A stretch of 64,000 nt of DNA, from contig JADYZP010000009.1 in NCBI GenBank assembly GCA_020853025.1, forward strand, positions 86,410 to 150,409, read 5' to 3'. Position 1 is the stretch's first letter. Every line of letters begins with the position of its first letter. Of this stretch, positions 19,490-29,026 are shown piece after piece. The DNA is from Burkholderiales bacterium (GTDB lineage: Bacteria > Pseudomonadota > Gammaproteobacteria > Burkholderiales > Casimicrobiaceae). The translations under genes and the position numbers were made by a program. The notes beneath the pieces are model-generated. The model was given only the letters and a program-made list of their open reading frames with translations. It ran no database searches and was not told the origin of the DNA.

Positions 19490-20278
19490 ATGAGGGTGCC
19501 TTTCATCGCGGGTCTGCTGTTCCTGGCCGGCTGCGCGGCGAATGGCGGCGGCGGCATGACGCTCGGCAGCGGCGGTGGCGCAAACGTCGTCGCATCCGAG
19601 GCCACCGTTGCCAAGGTGGCGCGAGTCGGATTCCTGACCGACTACGACAAGCTGCGGCCGCTGCCAGGCGGCGGAGGAATCCTGTGCTGGCGCACCGGCA
19701 ACGTCGACTGGAAGAAGTATGACGCGGTCCTCATCGAGCGCATTCAGCTGTACCTCAGTCGGGCTGGCGCGCCCCGATCGATCGACCCCAGCGACCTCAA
19801 GACGCTGCTGGACTATTTTCACAATGCCGTGGTCAAGGATCTCACGCCGACGACGCGTGTGGTCAACACCACGGGACCGGGGGTGCTCCGGGTGCGCTTC
19901 GCACTCACCGATCTGACGCCTACCGATGCCGCGGCGAGCCTCGCGGGAACCGCGATCCCCTATGGATTTGTCGCCGAGATCGGGTCGGGCACGGCCACTG
20001 GCAGACCGGCCGGTTCAACCCCGTATCTGGGGCAGACCGGCATGGAAGTGCAGTTTCGTGACGGAGCGACCGGCGCCGTCGTGGGGGAGTGCGCCGATAC
20101 CGAAATCGGTCGCAAGTATGCGGCGGCGTTGAATCAAGGTGCCACCAAGGCGGCCGATGCCTGGGTCAACGGTTACCTCGATTCATTCACGAGCTGGAGC
20201 TACGCGCAGGATGCATTCAACAAGTGGGCTGCCGAGTTCGCCAAGCGCTTCAATCAGCTGCGTGGCCTGTCGGGTTAG
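19490..20278 (+). CDS. DUF3313-like lipoprotein
   Basis: Lipobox LAGC; GFLTDY..L, W..YD.V.I, GPGVLRVRFALTD and 'F..WA' end typical of DUF3313. Alternative GTG start 19454. Confidence 0.7.
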   Translation: MRVPFIAGLLFLAGCAANGGGGMTLGSGGGANVVASEATVAKVARVGFLTDYDKLRPLPGGGGILCWRTGNVDWKKYDAVLIERIQLYLSRAGAPRSIDPSDLKTLLDYFHNAVVKDLTPTTRVVNTTGPGVLRVRFALTDLTPTDAAASLAGTAIPYGFVAEIGSGTATGRPAGSTPYLGQTGMEVQFRDGATGAVVGECADTEIGRKYAAALNQGATKAADAWVNGYLDSFTSWSYAQDAFNKWAAEFAKRFNQLRGLSG

Positions 20279-20528
20279 GCGAAACTTACCGTCGATCAGG
20301 GCGCCAGCGGGAGCGATGGCGTAATCAGAAAGCCGGCTGGAGCCAGTGCTGCATTATATTTGACATAATAGCAATTATGCGACAATGAGTTCGGGCAGGG
20401 CTCTAGCCGGGCGTGCTCAATGCCGCAGTCATTGGCCGCCGATTTCGGGAAACCCGCTTTGTCGATGACGACGAGCATCCTTCTGCGCACGGTGCGACGC
20501 GAGTGCCGTTTTGGCACTCGATTTCACA

Positions 20529-20558
20529 TTGACACACATGACCAGGTCGCCCTATGGT
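20529..20558 (+). promoter_or_regulatory. Candidate sigma70 promoter for bug-uroD-like operon
   Basis: TTGACA-N18-TATGGT, preceded by the 8-bp inverted repeat CGAGTGCC-N5-GGCACTCG (20500-20520). Confidence 0.45.
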
Positions 20559-20665
20559 GTCGCAGAGTCGAATTCCACTTCCTTCGCGACACGGCAACCC
20601 GTCGCTTGATCCGAAGGCTTGCCAAAGCGGCACATCCCTTTAACCACCATCGAGGTTCCGCCATC

Positions 20666-21646
20666 ATGCTCCGTAGTCTCGCTGCAATTCTCACCGTCGC
20701 CGCCGCGTCCGCGTTGGTGGCGCCGCAACCCGCCCATGCCGAAGCATGGCCCACCAAGCCGATCCGCCTGGTCGTTCCTTATACGGCAGGCGGCTCGTCG
20801 GACTTCGTCGCCCGCGTCATGGCGCAAAAGCTCTCCGAGGAGCTCGGACAGACGGTGACCGTCGACAACAAACCCGGGGTCGCCGGCATCGTCGGCACCG
20901 ACATCGTCGCCAAGAGTCCTCCCGATGGCTATACGCTGTCGCTGGTCGGCATGACCACGCTCGCGGCCAATCCCTCGCTGTACAAGTCACTGCCCTACGA
21001 CTCGATCAAGGACTTCGCGCCGATCTCGGTCGCCATCGTGTCGCCGTTGGTGCTGGTCGTCAATCCGGAGGTGCCGGCGAAGACCGTGCAGGAGCTGATC
21101 GCCTACGCCAAGGCGAATCCGGGCAAGGTCAACTTCGGATCTGCAGGTGTCGGCAATACGTTGCATCTGGCCGGTGAGTTGTTCAAGTCGAAAGCCGGAA
21201 TCGACATCGTTCACATTCCCTACAAAGGCGCGTCGGCGGCCATGAACGACCTGATCGGCGGTCGCATCCAGATGATGATCGACCTGATACAGACTCCGCT
21301 TGCGAATATCCAGGCCGGCAAGCTTCGCCCGCTGGGGGTCACCAGTACGACGCGCGTTCCGCAATTGCCGCAGGTGCCGACGATCGCCGAATCGGGACTC
21401 CCCGGCTTCGAATTCGCCACCTGGATCGGCATTGCGGCACCGGCGGGAACGCCGAAGGCAATCGTCGACCGTATCCACCAGGCGATGGTGAAGGCGCTGG
21501 CGATGCCGGACGTCAAGGAAGCGTTTGCGAAGCAGGGAATGGTGCCTGCGCCATCGGCGTCGCCCGAAGCCTTCGCCGAGCAGATCAAATCTGAAAAGGC
21601 ACGTATCGCGGAACTGGTGAAGAATGCCGGCATCAAGCCGGAATGA
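20666..21646 (+). CDS. Bug/TctC-family substrate-binding protein
   Basis: WPTKPIRLVVPYTAGGSSD, VDNKPG, SPPDGYT and HIPYKG; ATG 20666 with signal peptide. Confidence 0.93.
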   Translation: MLRSLAAILTVAAASALVAPQPAHAEAWPTKPIRLVVPYTAGGSSDFVARVMAQKLSEELGQTVTVDNKPGVAGIVGTDIVAKSPPDGYTLSLVGMTTLAANPSLYKSLPYDSIKDFAPISVAIVSPLVLVVNPEVPAKTVQELIAYAKANPGKVNFGSAGVGNTLHLAGELFKSKAGIDIVHIPYKGASAAMNDLIGGRIQMMIDLIQTPLANIQAGKLRPLGVTSTTRVPQLPQVPTIAESGLPGFEFATWIGIAAPAGTPKAIVDRIHQAMVKALAMPDVKEAFAKQGMVPAPSASPEAFAEQIKSEKARIAELVKNAGIKPE

Positions 21647-21687
21647 TCGCCACCGCGTCGTCCCCGGGCGATCGCCCCATCGCGGAG

Positions 21688-21713
21688 AGTCGGCGCGGTG
21701 CGCCGCGCCGACT
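21688..21713. repeat. Perfect 11-bp intercistronic hairpin
   Basis: AGTCGGCGCGG-TGCG-CCGCGCCGACT immediately before the GAGGG RBS of the next gene. Confidence 0.7.
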
Positions 21714-21725
21714 TGAGGGCAATAC

Positions 21726-22679
21726 ATGAGTTCCGTTCCTGCGATGAGCCGCCGCGAGCGCTTCCTGGCCGCCGCCGACGGACGTGCCGTCGACCGGCCC
21801 CCGGTTGCCGCGTGGGTGCATTTCCTGTCCGACCATCTGCCCGGTGACGAGACGGCGCGGCTGCACCTCGAGTTCCTTCGCGCCTACGACTGGGACGTCG
21901 CGAAGCTGATGAACGATTATCGCTATCCGGTCCCGCCGGGTCTCGAGCTGCTCGATTCGGCGGAAGCGATGCGCCGCTTTCGGCCGCTTTCGCTCGACGA
22001 GCGCAGTTTCGCCGAGCAGCTGCGCGCGATCGAATGCCTGCGCCGCGAGCTGGGCCCCGACTGGCCGATTCTCGACACGCTGTTCGATCCCTACCAGCAG
22101 GTGCTGCGCAACGTCGGCTTCAACCAGGCCGCGGCGATTCCCGCGCATCGCGAGGCGGCGCTGGAGATGATCGATGCAGTGACCGATACGCTATGCCGCT
22201 ACGTCGCCGCCGCACGTATCGCCGGCGCCGATGGTTTTTTCCTGTCGATCAACGGCGCGATCCGTTCGGGCTTTCCGCGTGGCGGCGATGCCGACACCTT
22301 CCGCGATTTCCAGCGCCCCTTCGACCTGCGGCTGCTCGATGCCGCAAAGGGTTCGGTCCGCGTGCTTCATGTCCATGGCGTCGGACTCGATCTCGACCGC
22401 GTTCTCGATTATCCGTGCGAAGTATTCAGCGTCTCCGACCGCTTGCCGGGCAATCCCTCGCTCGCGGAACTACGCCGCCGCACCGATCGCTGTCTGATGG
22501 GCGGCATCGACGAGACCCGGTTCCAGGAACGTCCGTTGCCCGAGCTGCGCGCCGAAGTCGACGATGCCCTCGCGCAGGCGGGTCGCGAGCGCTTCATCCT
22601 GGCGCCCGGATGCACGCTGCCGTCGTTTTCCCCGCAGCGCTCGCTGCGGCATTTGCGCGAATACACGCTGACGCTTTGA
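21726..22679 (+). CDS. Uroporphyrinogen decarboxylase / MtaA-CmuA superfamily protein
   Basis: N-terminal 'RERFLAA..G..VDRPPV..W.H', LHVHG, LMGGID and RFILAPGC. Not called hemE. Confidence 0.8.
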   Translation: MSSVPAMSRRERFLAAADGRAVDRPPVAAWVHFLSDHLPGDETARLHLEFLRAYDWDVAKLMNDYRYPVPPGLELLDSAEAMRRFRPLSLDERSFAEQLRAIECLRRELGPDWPILDTLFDPYQQVLRNVGFNQAAAIPAHREAALEMIDAVTDTLCRYVAAARIAGADGFFLSINGAIRSGFPRGGDADTFRDFQRPFDLRLLDAAKGSVRVLHVHGVGLDLDRVLDYPCEVFSVSDRLPGNPSLAELRRRTDRCLMGGIDETRFQERPLPELRAEVDDALAQAGRERFILAPGCTLPSFSPQRSLRHLREYTLTL

Positions 22680-22874
22680 CGCACGTGCTCGTCGTAGGCC
22701 GTTCGGCACGAATCCGCGTGCACTTCTTCGCGCCGCGTCAATCGCTGCCGAACATGTTTCCGTCAGTTGGCCTTGACCTGGATCAAGCTATTCGATAGTC
22801 TCGGGACGAATGCATCCCTATTCCGCACCAAGCCGCTTTCTCGTCGCAGGAGCGGACAGCAAAGTGAAATCAGG

Positions 22875-24014
22875 TTGAAGGTCGCGAGCCTCCTTGTCGC
22901 GTTGTCGCTGTCACTTGTCATCGAAAGTGTGCCGGCGCAGTCTCCGATGCGGGCGCCCACCGCCGGTCACAGCGCGATCAGCGTCGAAGCGCTGTGGATG
23001 TGGTTCAAGGCGAGCCCGACGCCGGTGCCGATCATCACCGACTACTATCTCGACGATCCGAGCACGCAGGTGCTGCTCGGCGGCGGCACGCTGGACACCC
23101 ATCCGAATCCTGGCTTTCGCGTCACCGGCGCGCACGGACTCGACGGCGGCTGGGGAATCGAGGCGATCGGCTTCTACGTTCCGTCGCGCTCGACCAGCAG
23201 CGGCGTGGCTTCGAGCGGCAAGGACGGCTCCACCGACCTCATGCTGCCGTTCTTCGACGTCACGATCGGTACGGAGAACATCACCGAGATCTCGTACTCG
23301 CCGGAATACGCAGGCAACGCGCAGCAGACGCTGTCGAACGACCTCTGGGGCGTCGAACTCAACGCCACACGGACGCTGGCGCCGCAGGGACCGTGGCGCG
23401 TCGACCTCGTCGGCGGATTGCGTTATCTGCAACTCACCGAGAACTATACGATCACGACCAGCAGCCCCTACATTCCGCCCGAACCGGCCGATATCTGGAA
23501 CACCACCGACCGCTTCGACACCCACAACCGCTTCTGGGGCCTCCAGATCGGCGCCCGGGCGGCCTACGACTCGGGGAACTGGATCGGCAGCGGCATGGTC
23601 AAGGTGGCACTCGGATCGATGCAACAGAAGGTGTCGATCGACGGCGGCCTCGTGACCAACGACTATACGAACTACGGCGCGACGCAGACCTTTCCTGGCG
23701 GCTACTTCGCGCTGCCGACGAACATCGGCGACTACTCGCGCAACGTCTTCGCGGTGGTGCCGGAGGTCGCACTGTCGATCGGCTACCGACTGACGCCGGC
23801 CGCAACGATCTACGTCGGCTATGCGTTCCTGTACGCCAGCGACGTCGCGCGCCCCGGCGAGCAGATCAATCGCAACATCAATCCGACGCAGACCGTTTCC
23901 TACGGCAACGATCCACCGGTCAATCCGGCCGGTCCCGCGCAGCCGACCTTCAGCTTCAGCACCACCGATTTCTGGGCGCAGAGCCTGACCATCGGACTGG
24001 CCTACCGGTTCTAG
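22875..24014 (+). CDS. BBP7-type outer-membrane beta-barrel protein
   Basis: Signal peptide; EALWMWFK, DLWGVELN, GGLRYLQL.E, THNRFWGLQIG, VVPEV...IGY, GY.FLY.SDVARPGEQIN and terminal GLAYRF. Probable TTG start 22875. Confidence 0.78.
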   Translation: MKVASLLVALSLSLVIESVPAQSPMRAPTAGHSAISVEALWMWFKASPTPVPIITDYYLDDPSTQVLLGGGTLDTHPNPGFRVTGAHGLDGGWGIEAIGFYVPSRSTSSGVASSGKDGSTDLMLPFFDVTIGTENITEISYSPEYAGNAQQTLSNDLWGVELNATRTLAPQGPWRVDLVGGLRYLQLTENYTITTSSPYIPPEPADIWNTTDRFDTHNRFWGLQIGARAAYDSGNWIGSGMVKVALGSMQQKVSIDGGLVTNDYTNYGATQTFPGGYFALPTNIGDYSRNVFAVVPEVALSIGYRLTPAATIYVGYAFLYASDVARPGEQINRNINPTQTVSYGNDPPVNPAGPAQPTFSFSTTDFWAQSLTIGLAYRF

Positions 24015-24024
24015 GGACCATTTG

Positions 24025-27000
24025 ATGAACACCCGCTTCCGAAATGCCGCGACCGTCGTCGCCGTCGCCATCACGCTCTCGCTTGGCCTCGCCGCGGCAG
24101 ACGTCGCCGCGCAGAAAAAGCCCGACGCCACGACCTGTCCGGACAAGAACGAACCGACGCGCAACACATTGCGGCCGGGTACCGGCAAGGATCTGGAGGT
24201 CACCGGGGTCTGCAAGGTGCCCGCCGGAACCTACAACTACGGCGACGTCAACATCTTCGCTGGCGGATCGCTGCAGTTCGACGATGCCGCGATCGACTTC
24301 TGGGCGTCGTCGATCCTGATCGAGAACCGCGGTGCGCTGATCGCGGGCAATCCGTCGGCGCCGATCGGCACCCAGAACGGGCAGCTGACGATCCACCTCT
24401 ACGGCAAGGACCAGGGTACCGGCGTCGGCACCGCCGGCGGCCAGGGTATCGTCTGCGAAATGGATGTGCGCTGCGGCATCCCGCAGGCGGTCTGGGACTC
24501 GGACGGCACGACGCTGGTACCGATCCCCGGCATGCCCGACGACTACTTCTATACCTATGGGTCGTTGCCCTTCGACGGCGGCGGCGCCACGCCGGGATTC
24601 TTCGGCTACAAGGTGCTCGCGGTGTCGTACGGCGGAACGCTGCAGCTCTTCGGCAAGAAGGGCGCGACCTACGGCAACGTCGACTCGTCGAACTCCGGCA
24701 CCAGCTGGGTACGCCTCGACCGGACGCTGCCCATCGGCAAGAACGAGGTCGTCCTCGACCGTCCGGTCGACTGGGCGATCGGCGACGAAATCGTCGTCAC
24801 CACGACCGACTATCTGCCGGCTCACTCCGAGCAGTTCACGATCATCGGCATCAAAGGCGACTCGAAGACGCTGACCGTCGACCGCAACGCCGCACACGAA
24901 CATCAGGGCAGGAAGTACGACCTGTCCGGCGTCGGCATCAAGCTGTCGTTCAAGGAAGCCGAGACGCGCGCGGCAGTCGGCCTGCTGTCGCGGAGCATCC
25001 GCATCGTTTCCGAGGGCGACGCCTTCGACACGCCGCTGCCCGCCGACAGCTTTTTCGGTGGCCACACTATCGTCCGCCAGGGCTTCGCGAAGTTCCAGGT
25101 GCAGGGCGTGGAGTTCAGGCAACTGGGACAAGGCGGCCGTCTCGGCCATTATCCGGTGCACTTCCACATGGTGCGCGCCGCGCCGCCCGACACCTTCGTC
25201 AAGGATTCGACTGTCAACGAGTCGATGACTCGCTTCATGACGCTGCACGCGACACAGAACGTAACGCTGGCGCGCAACGTCGGCTGGAAGTCGATCGGCC
25301 ACGGCTTCTACATCGAGGACGGCACCGAATACGACAACCGCTTCCTGACCAACCTCGGCGTCTTCGCCCGCGCCGCCATCGTCAACAAGGACAACCCGCG
25401 CAAGGTGCCGGGCATCCTCGCCGCGGCGCGCGATCCGGGCTACCCGGAGAACGTGCCCTTCTATTCGGACTACGACCACCCCGCCGTGTTCTGGATCATG
25501 AACGGCTGGAACGACTTCGAGTACAACATGGCCGCCGGTGCCGGTACCTGTGGCATTTGCTACTGGCTGGTGCCCGGCGCCAACAGCGGCCACTCGCGAA
25601 ATATGAAGTGGAAATCCTACGCGTCGATGCAGGCCAATCCACCGACGGGCAACCCGCTGGCGAAGGCGGCGACGACTCCGCTCAAGCGCTTTGTCGGCAA
25701 CGGCTGCAGCTCGGCGATGAACGCCTTTAACACCATCGGCAACACGACGGCGTGCTGGGGCGTAGGGACGGGCGCGCAAGCCACTGTCGCGGTGGTTGCC
25801 AACCCGCTGGCACCGCCGTGGTGCGACCAGACCAATCCACGCGACAAGGATGGAAAGTACCTGCCGAACGCATGCATCGTGCACATGCACGGCGACGACG
25901 GCGGCAAATACGCAGTGAACGCCGACGAGTACTACCCGAAGGTCGACAAGGGCGGCGGCCGCTTCGCCACCCGCTGCGGTCCCAACGAGGACTGCAGCAA
26001 CGTGCCGCGCTGCGACGGCGGCCAGCTCGACCGCTGCATGGTCACCGCGCTGGAAGGCTTCACCACGTCGTTCAACTGGGCGGAGACCAATTTCTCCGCC
26101 ATCTGGCTGCGGCCGCAGTGGTACCTGGTCACCGACAGCGTCATCACCGACGTGCAGAACGGCGGCCTCACCATCGTCACCGGCGGCGGCTACACGGACT
26201 CCGACCTGGTCAAGGGCCATTGGGCGCTGCTGCGCAACAGCGCGCTGATCGGCAGTACGCAGCCCGGCAATCCGTATGCGTCCGACGTCGGGCCCTTCAA
26301 TCCCGGCGGACTGAAGTGCGACAACGCCGCACCCGGCAACTATTGCCTCGATGCCGATGAAGGCGTCAGCTTCCTGATCAGCAACTTCGGCACCTACCAG
26401 CGATTTTTCAACATCTACGACGGACCGGCGTACCAGGAGAACAACGCCTACCTGAACATCCGCAAGACTATCCTCGACGACTGCCAGCCGGGCGGCACCG
26501 AATGCCGTTCGAGCCGGTACCTGGTGGCACAGATCCTCGGCGTGCCGCAGGCCGACGGCAAGTGCTACGCACCCAATGCCGCGATCGGCTGGAAGCAGCC
26601 GAATGGCTTCTACTATCCACCGGCATTCCATTCGCACAACCTCTACTTCAGCGACGTCGACATCCGCCATTTCGTCATCGAGCCGCTGTTTATCACCGAT
26701 CCCGCCAAGAAGGGGAACCAGAACTACAAGACCGACGCCGCCGCAGTGCTCAAAGCCTACTGCACGTCGGCGAGCAACATGTTCGACAACTTCACCGACG
26801 TCGACCGGCAGACCGAGCTGACCGACGACGACGGCTCGCTCACCGGCTACGTGAAGACCGTGTCGGTCAATTCCGACCCGTTCTTCAACGCGCCGGTCGA
26901 ACAGACCGAGTGCGAGTCGGACGAGACCGCCAAGACCAGCCCCTACGACTACGTCACGTCGGTTGTCTATCCAGGCTGTGCGGTCAACGGCACTTGCGGC

Positions 27001-27861
27001 GCGAAGGATGGGCCTCCGCGCTGGGATTCGGACTGCACCAATGGCCAGTGCTACGGCGTGCCGCTCTACCGGCAGCTGCTCACGAAGAGCGAACAGTCAA
27101 CGGGGGTGTCGTCGATCCGCATGGCGGGTCAGGACACCTACCAGCGCAGCACACTGACGCCCAATAACGCCGTCTACTACATCGACACCACGGTCAGCCT
27201 GCAGCGGCAGATGCTAAGTTCCGGGAACGTCAACGTGTTTGGCGCTGGGCAGTCGTACTACACGTTCATGCTGTTCGCGAACGCGAAGACCACGCAGACC
27301 TACCAGATGTACGTCGGCGCCGGATTCGATCCCAATCAGGATGTCTGGGCGACGCAGGCCGACATCTCGCAAAAACGCGTGCACTTCTCGCATCTCGCCG
27401 CGTGGCCGTCCGGCTGGGGCCGCAGCTACGACGAGAAGTCGGGTGTACTCACGGTGACGATGAACATGTCGTTCCCGGAGTTCGCCGCGAACCTCGAAAA
27501 GGCGCGCGCGGGCACCTGCGGACCGGCGACGTTCTGCTCGAGCAAGGGCAGCGTTTGCAGCTGTGCGTTGTCCCCGGGTGACCCGCTCTACGCCGCCTGC
27601 AGCGCGAAGAACAGCCTCGGACAGGACGCGTGTAGCTGGTCGAACAAGGATACCGCCTGTCCGGAGGGCGGCTGCTACGGCATCGGCTTCAAGCTCGCGC
27701 CGAGCTTCAAGACCGATCCACAGACTGATCCGCGTCCGGCGGCCGCGTGTTTTCCGAAGGAAGCAGCTGCGGGCTGGAACGTCAATTTCGTGCCCGCATC
27801 GGCGCCGGTGGCCGGGTCCTGCTACAACGCGCCGATTCCGCCGAACCAGTTCTGCGACTGA
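24025..27861 (+). CDS. Secreted G8-domain / parallel beta-helix protein (CEMIP/TMEM2/fibrocystin-like), Cys-rich
   Basis: Signal peptide; G8-like 'VNIFAGGSLQF...SILIENRGALIAG...LTIHLYG'; SWVRL, VDW.IGDEIVVTTTDY, AVGLLSRSIRI, GQGGRLGHYPVHFHM and HATQNVTL.RNVGW.SIGHGFYIEDG. Confidence 0.82.
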   Translation: MNTRFRNAATVVAVAITLSLGLAAADVAAQKKPDATTCPDKNEPTRNTLRPGTGKDLEVTGVCKVPAGTYNYGDVNIFAGGSLQFDDAAIDFWASSILIENRGALIAGNPSAPIGTQNGQLTIHLYGKDQGTGVGTAGGQGIVCEMDVRCGIPQAVWDSDGTTLVPIPGMPDDYFYTYGSLPFDGGGATPGFFGYKVLAVSYGGTLQLFGKKGATYGNVDSSNSGTSWVRLDRTLPIGKNEVVLDRPVDWAIGDEIVVTTTDYLPAHSEQFTIIGIKGDSKTLTVDRNAAHEHQGRKYDLSGVGIKLSFKEAETRAAVGLLSRSIRIVSEGDAFDTPLPADSFFGGHTIVRQGFAKFQVQGVEFRQLGQGGRLGHYPVHFHMVRAAPPDTFVKDSTVNESMTRFMTLHATQNVTLARNVGWKSIGHGFYIEDGTEYDNRFLTNLGVFARAAIVNKDNPRKVPGILAAARDPGYPENVPFYSDYDHPAVFWIMNGWNDFEYNMAAGAGTCGICYWLVPGANSGHSRNMKWKSYASMQANPPTGNPLAKAATTPLKRFVGNGCSSAMNAFNTIGNTTACWGVGTGAQATVAVVANPLAPPWCDQTNPRDKDGKYLPNACIVHMHGDDGGKYAVNADEYYPKVDKGGGRFATRCGPNEDCSNVPRCDGGQLDRCMVTALEGFTTSFNWAETNFSAIWLRPQWYLVTDSVITDVQNGGLTIVTGGGYTDSDLVKGHWALLRNSALIGSTQPGNPYASDVGPFNPGGLKCDNAAPGNYCLDADEGVSFLISNFGTYQRFFNIYDGPAYQENNAYLNIRKTILDDCQPGGTECRSSRYLVAQILGVPQADGKCYAPNAAIGWKQPNGFYYPPAFHSHNLYFSDVDIRHFVIEPLFITDPAKKGNQNYKTDAAAVLKAYCTSASNMFDNFTDVDRQTELTDDDGSLTGYVKTVSVNSDPFFNAPVEQTECESDETAKTSPYDYVTSVVYPGCAVNGTCGAKDGPPRWDSDCTNGQCYGVPLYRQLLTKSEQSTGVSSIRMAGQDTYQRSTLTPNNAVYYIDTTVSLQRQMLSSGNVNVFGAGQSYYTFMLFANAKTTQTYQMYVGAGFDPNQDVWATQADISQKRVHFSHLAAWPSGWGRSYDEKSGVLTVTMNMSFPEFAANLEKARAGTCGPATFCSSKGSVCSCALSPGDPLYAACSAKNSLGQDACSWSNKDTACPEGGCYGIGFKLAPSFKTDPQTDPRPAAACFPKEAAAGWNVNFVPASAPVAGSCYNAPIPPNQFCD

Positions 27862-27892
27862 CGAGACCGGGCGCCGCGAGGTGCCCGGCGAT

Positions 27893-29026
27893 TCAGCGCG
27901 TCGCCACGACGTCGGCCAGCGCCTCGAACATCTCCTGCGCTAGGTTCAGGTCGCCACGATCGCCTACGGGTGTCGCGTTGATCGAAACGGCGATCGTCGC
28001 ACCGGTGCGCGGATCGTAGAACGCAGCGGCTTGCCAGCCGATGCCCGAGCCCGTGTGACCCCACCATCCCGCCAGAATACCGATGCCGAGGCCGTAGCGA
28101 TCGTATTCCGGTCCGTAGGTCACGACGCGCGAGCGGTCGATGCGCTCGCGCTGCAGGTCGGGGCCGATCAACCGGCCGTCGCCGAGCGCCAGCGCCCAGG
28201 TCGCGAGGTCATCGAGCGTGGACTCCATTGCTCCGGCTCCGGCGAGCGCAGTCGGGTTGATCAGCGGCAGCTCCTCGCTGGTACCGGTGACGACGTTGAC
28301 TTCGTACGGTGTCGCATGCGGAAGCGGCAGTGCCACCTGCGAGGGGTACGATGTTCCGGTCAACCGCAGCGGCGCGAAGATCCGCGCGCGCAGCACCTCG
28401 TCCAGCGGCGCTCGGGTGACGCGCTCGATGATCATGCCGAGCAGTACGGTGTTGGTGTTGCTGTACTCGTACCGCGCGCCCGGCGCAAATACCGGCGAAC
28501 CGGGAATGGAGAAGTCGACCAGCTCCTGCTCGGTGAACGCGCGCGCGACATCGGCGCCGAATTCGGCCTGGAATTGCTTGGTGGCACTATAGTCGGCGAT
28601 GCCGCTTTGCATGCCGGCCAGGTCGGCCAGAGTGATCAGCTCGCCGTTCGGAATGCCCGGAATCCAGGTCTCGAGCTTGTCCTCGAGCGACAGCGCCCCC
28701 TCACGCACGAGCTGCAGCAGCACCGTCACCGTGTACGATTTGGTGATGCTGCGGATCGAAAAATGGCTGCGCGGCTCGATCGGCGTCCTGTTGGCAATGT
28801 TGCCCACGCCAAGAGCGACCCGCCATTCGGGATCGCCGGGGTAGCGGACGCTGACCAGCGCGCCGGGCACGTGGTAGCGCTGCATCACGCTTTGCGCGGC
28901 CGCAGCATAGCGCGTCCCGACCGGCGGGAACTCGTCGCTGGTGCAGGATGAGAGCGTGCCCGCCAGTACGAATATCGGAAAGGCGCGCGTCCAGCCGCCC
29001 CGCTTCGTTGTCTTGTCTTCATTCAC
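27893..29026 (-). CDS. Serine hydrolase (beta-lactamase/penicillin-recognizing family), probable lipoprotein
   Basis: SITK (SxxK), YSN (YxN) and WWGHTG; lipobox LSSC; GTG 29026 with GGAG RBS. Confidence 0.88.
   Translation of the reverse strand: MNEDKTTKRGGWTRAFPIFVLAGTLSSCTSDEFPPVGTRYAAAAQSVMQRYHVPGALVSVRYPGDPEWRVALGVGNIANRTPIEPRSHFSIRSITKSYTVTVLLQLVREGALSLEDKLETWIPGIPNGELITLADLAGMQSGIADYSATKQFQAEFGADVARAFTEQELVDFSIPGSPVFAPGARYEYSNTNTVLLGMIIERVTRAPLDEVLRARIFAPLRLTGTSYPSQVALPLPHATPYEVNVVTGTSEELPLINPTALAGAGAMESTLDDLATWALALGDGRLIGPDLQRERIDRSRVVTYGPEYDRYGLGIGILAGWWGHTGSGIGWQAAAFYDPRTGATIAVSINATPVGDRGDLNLAQEMFEALADVVATR

Noticed and set aside
27893-29026. Serine hydrolase as an antibiotic-resistance beta-lactamase
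   Set aside because: SxxK/YxN with an H(T)G triad fits the broad esterase/peptidase branch; nothing specific for class A/C beta-lactamase activity.
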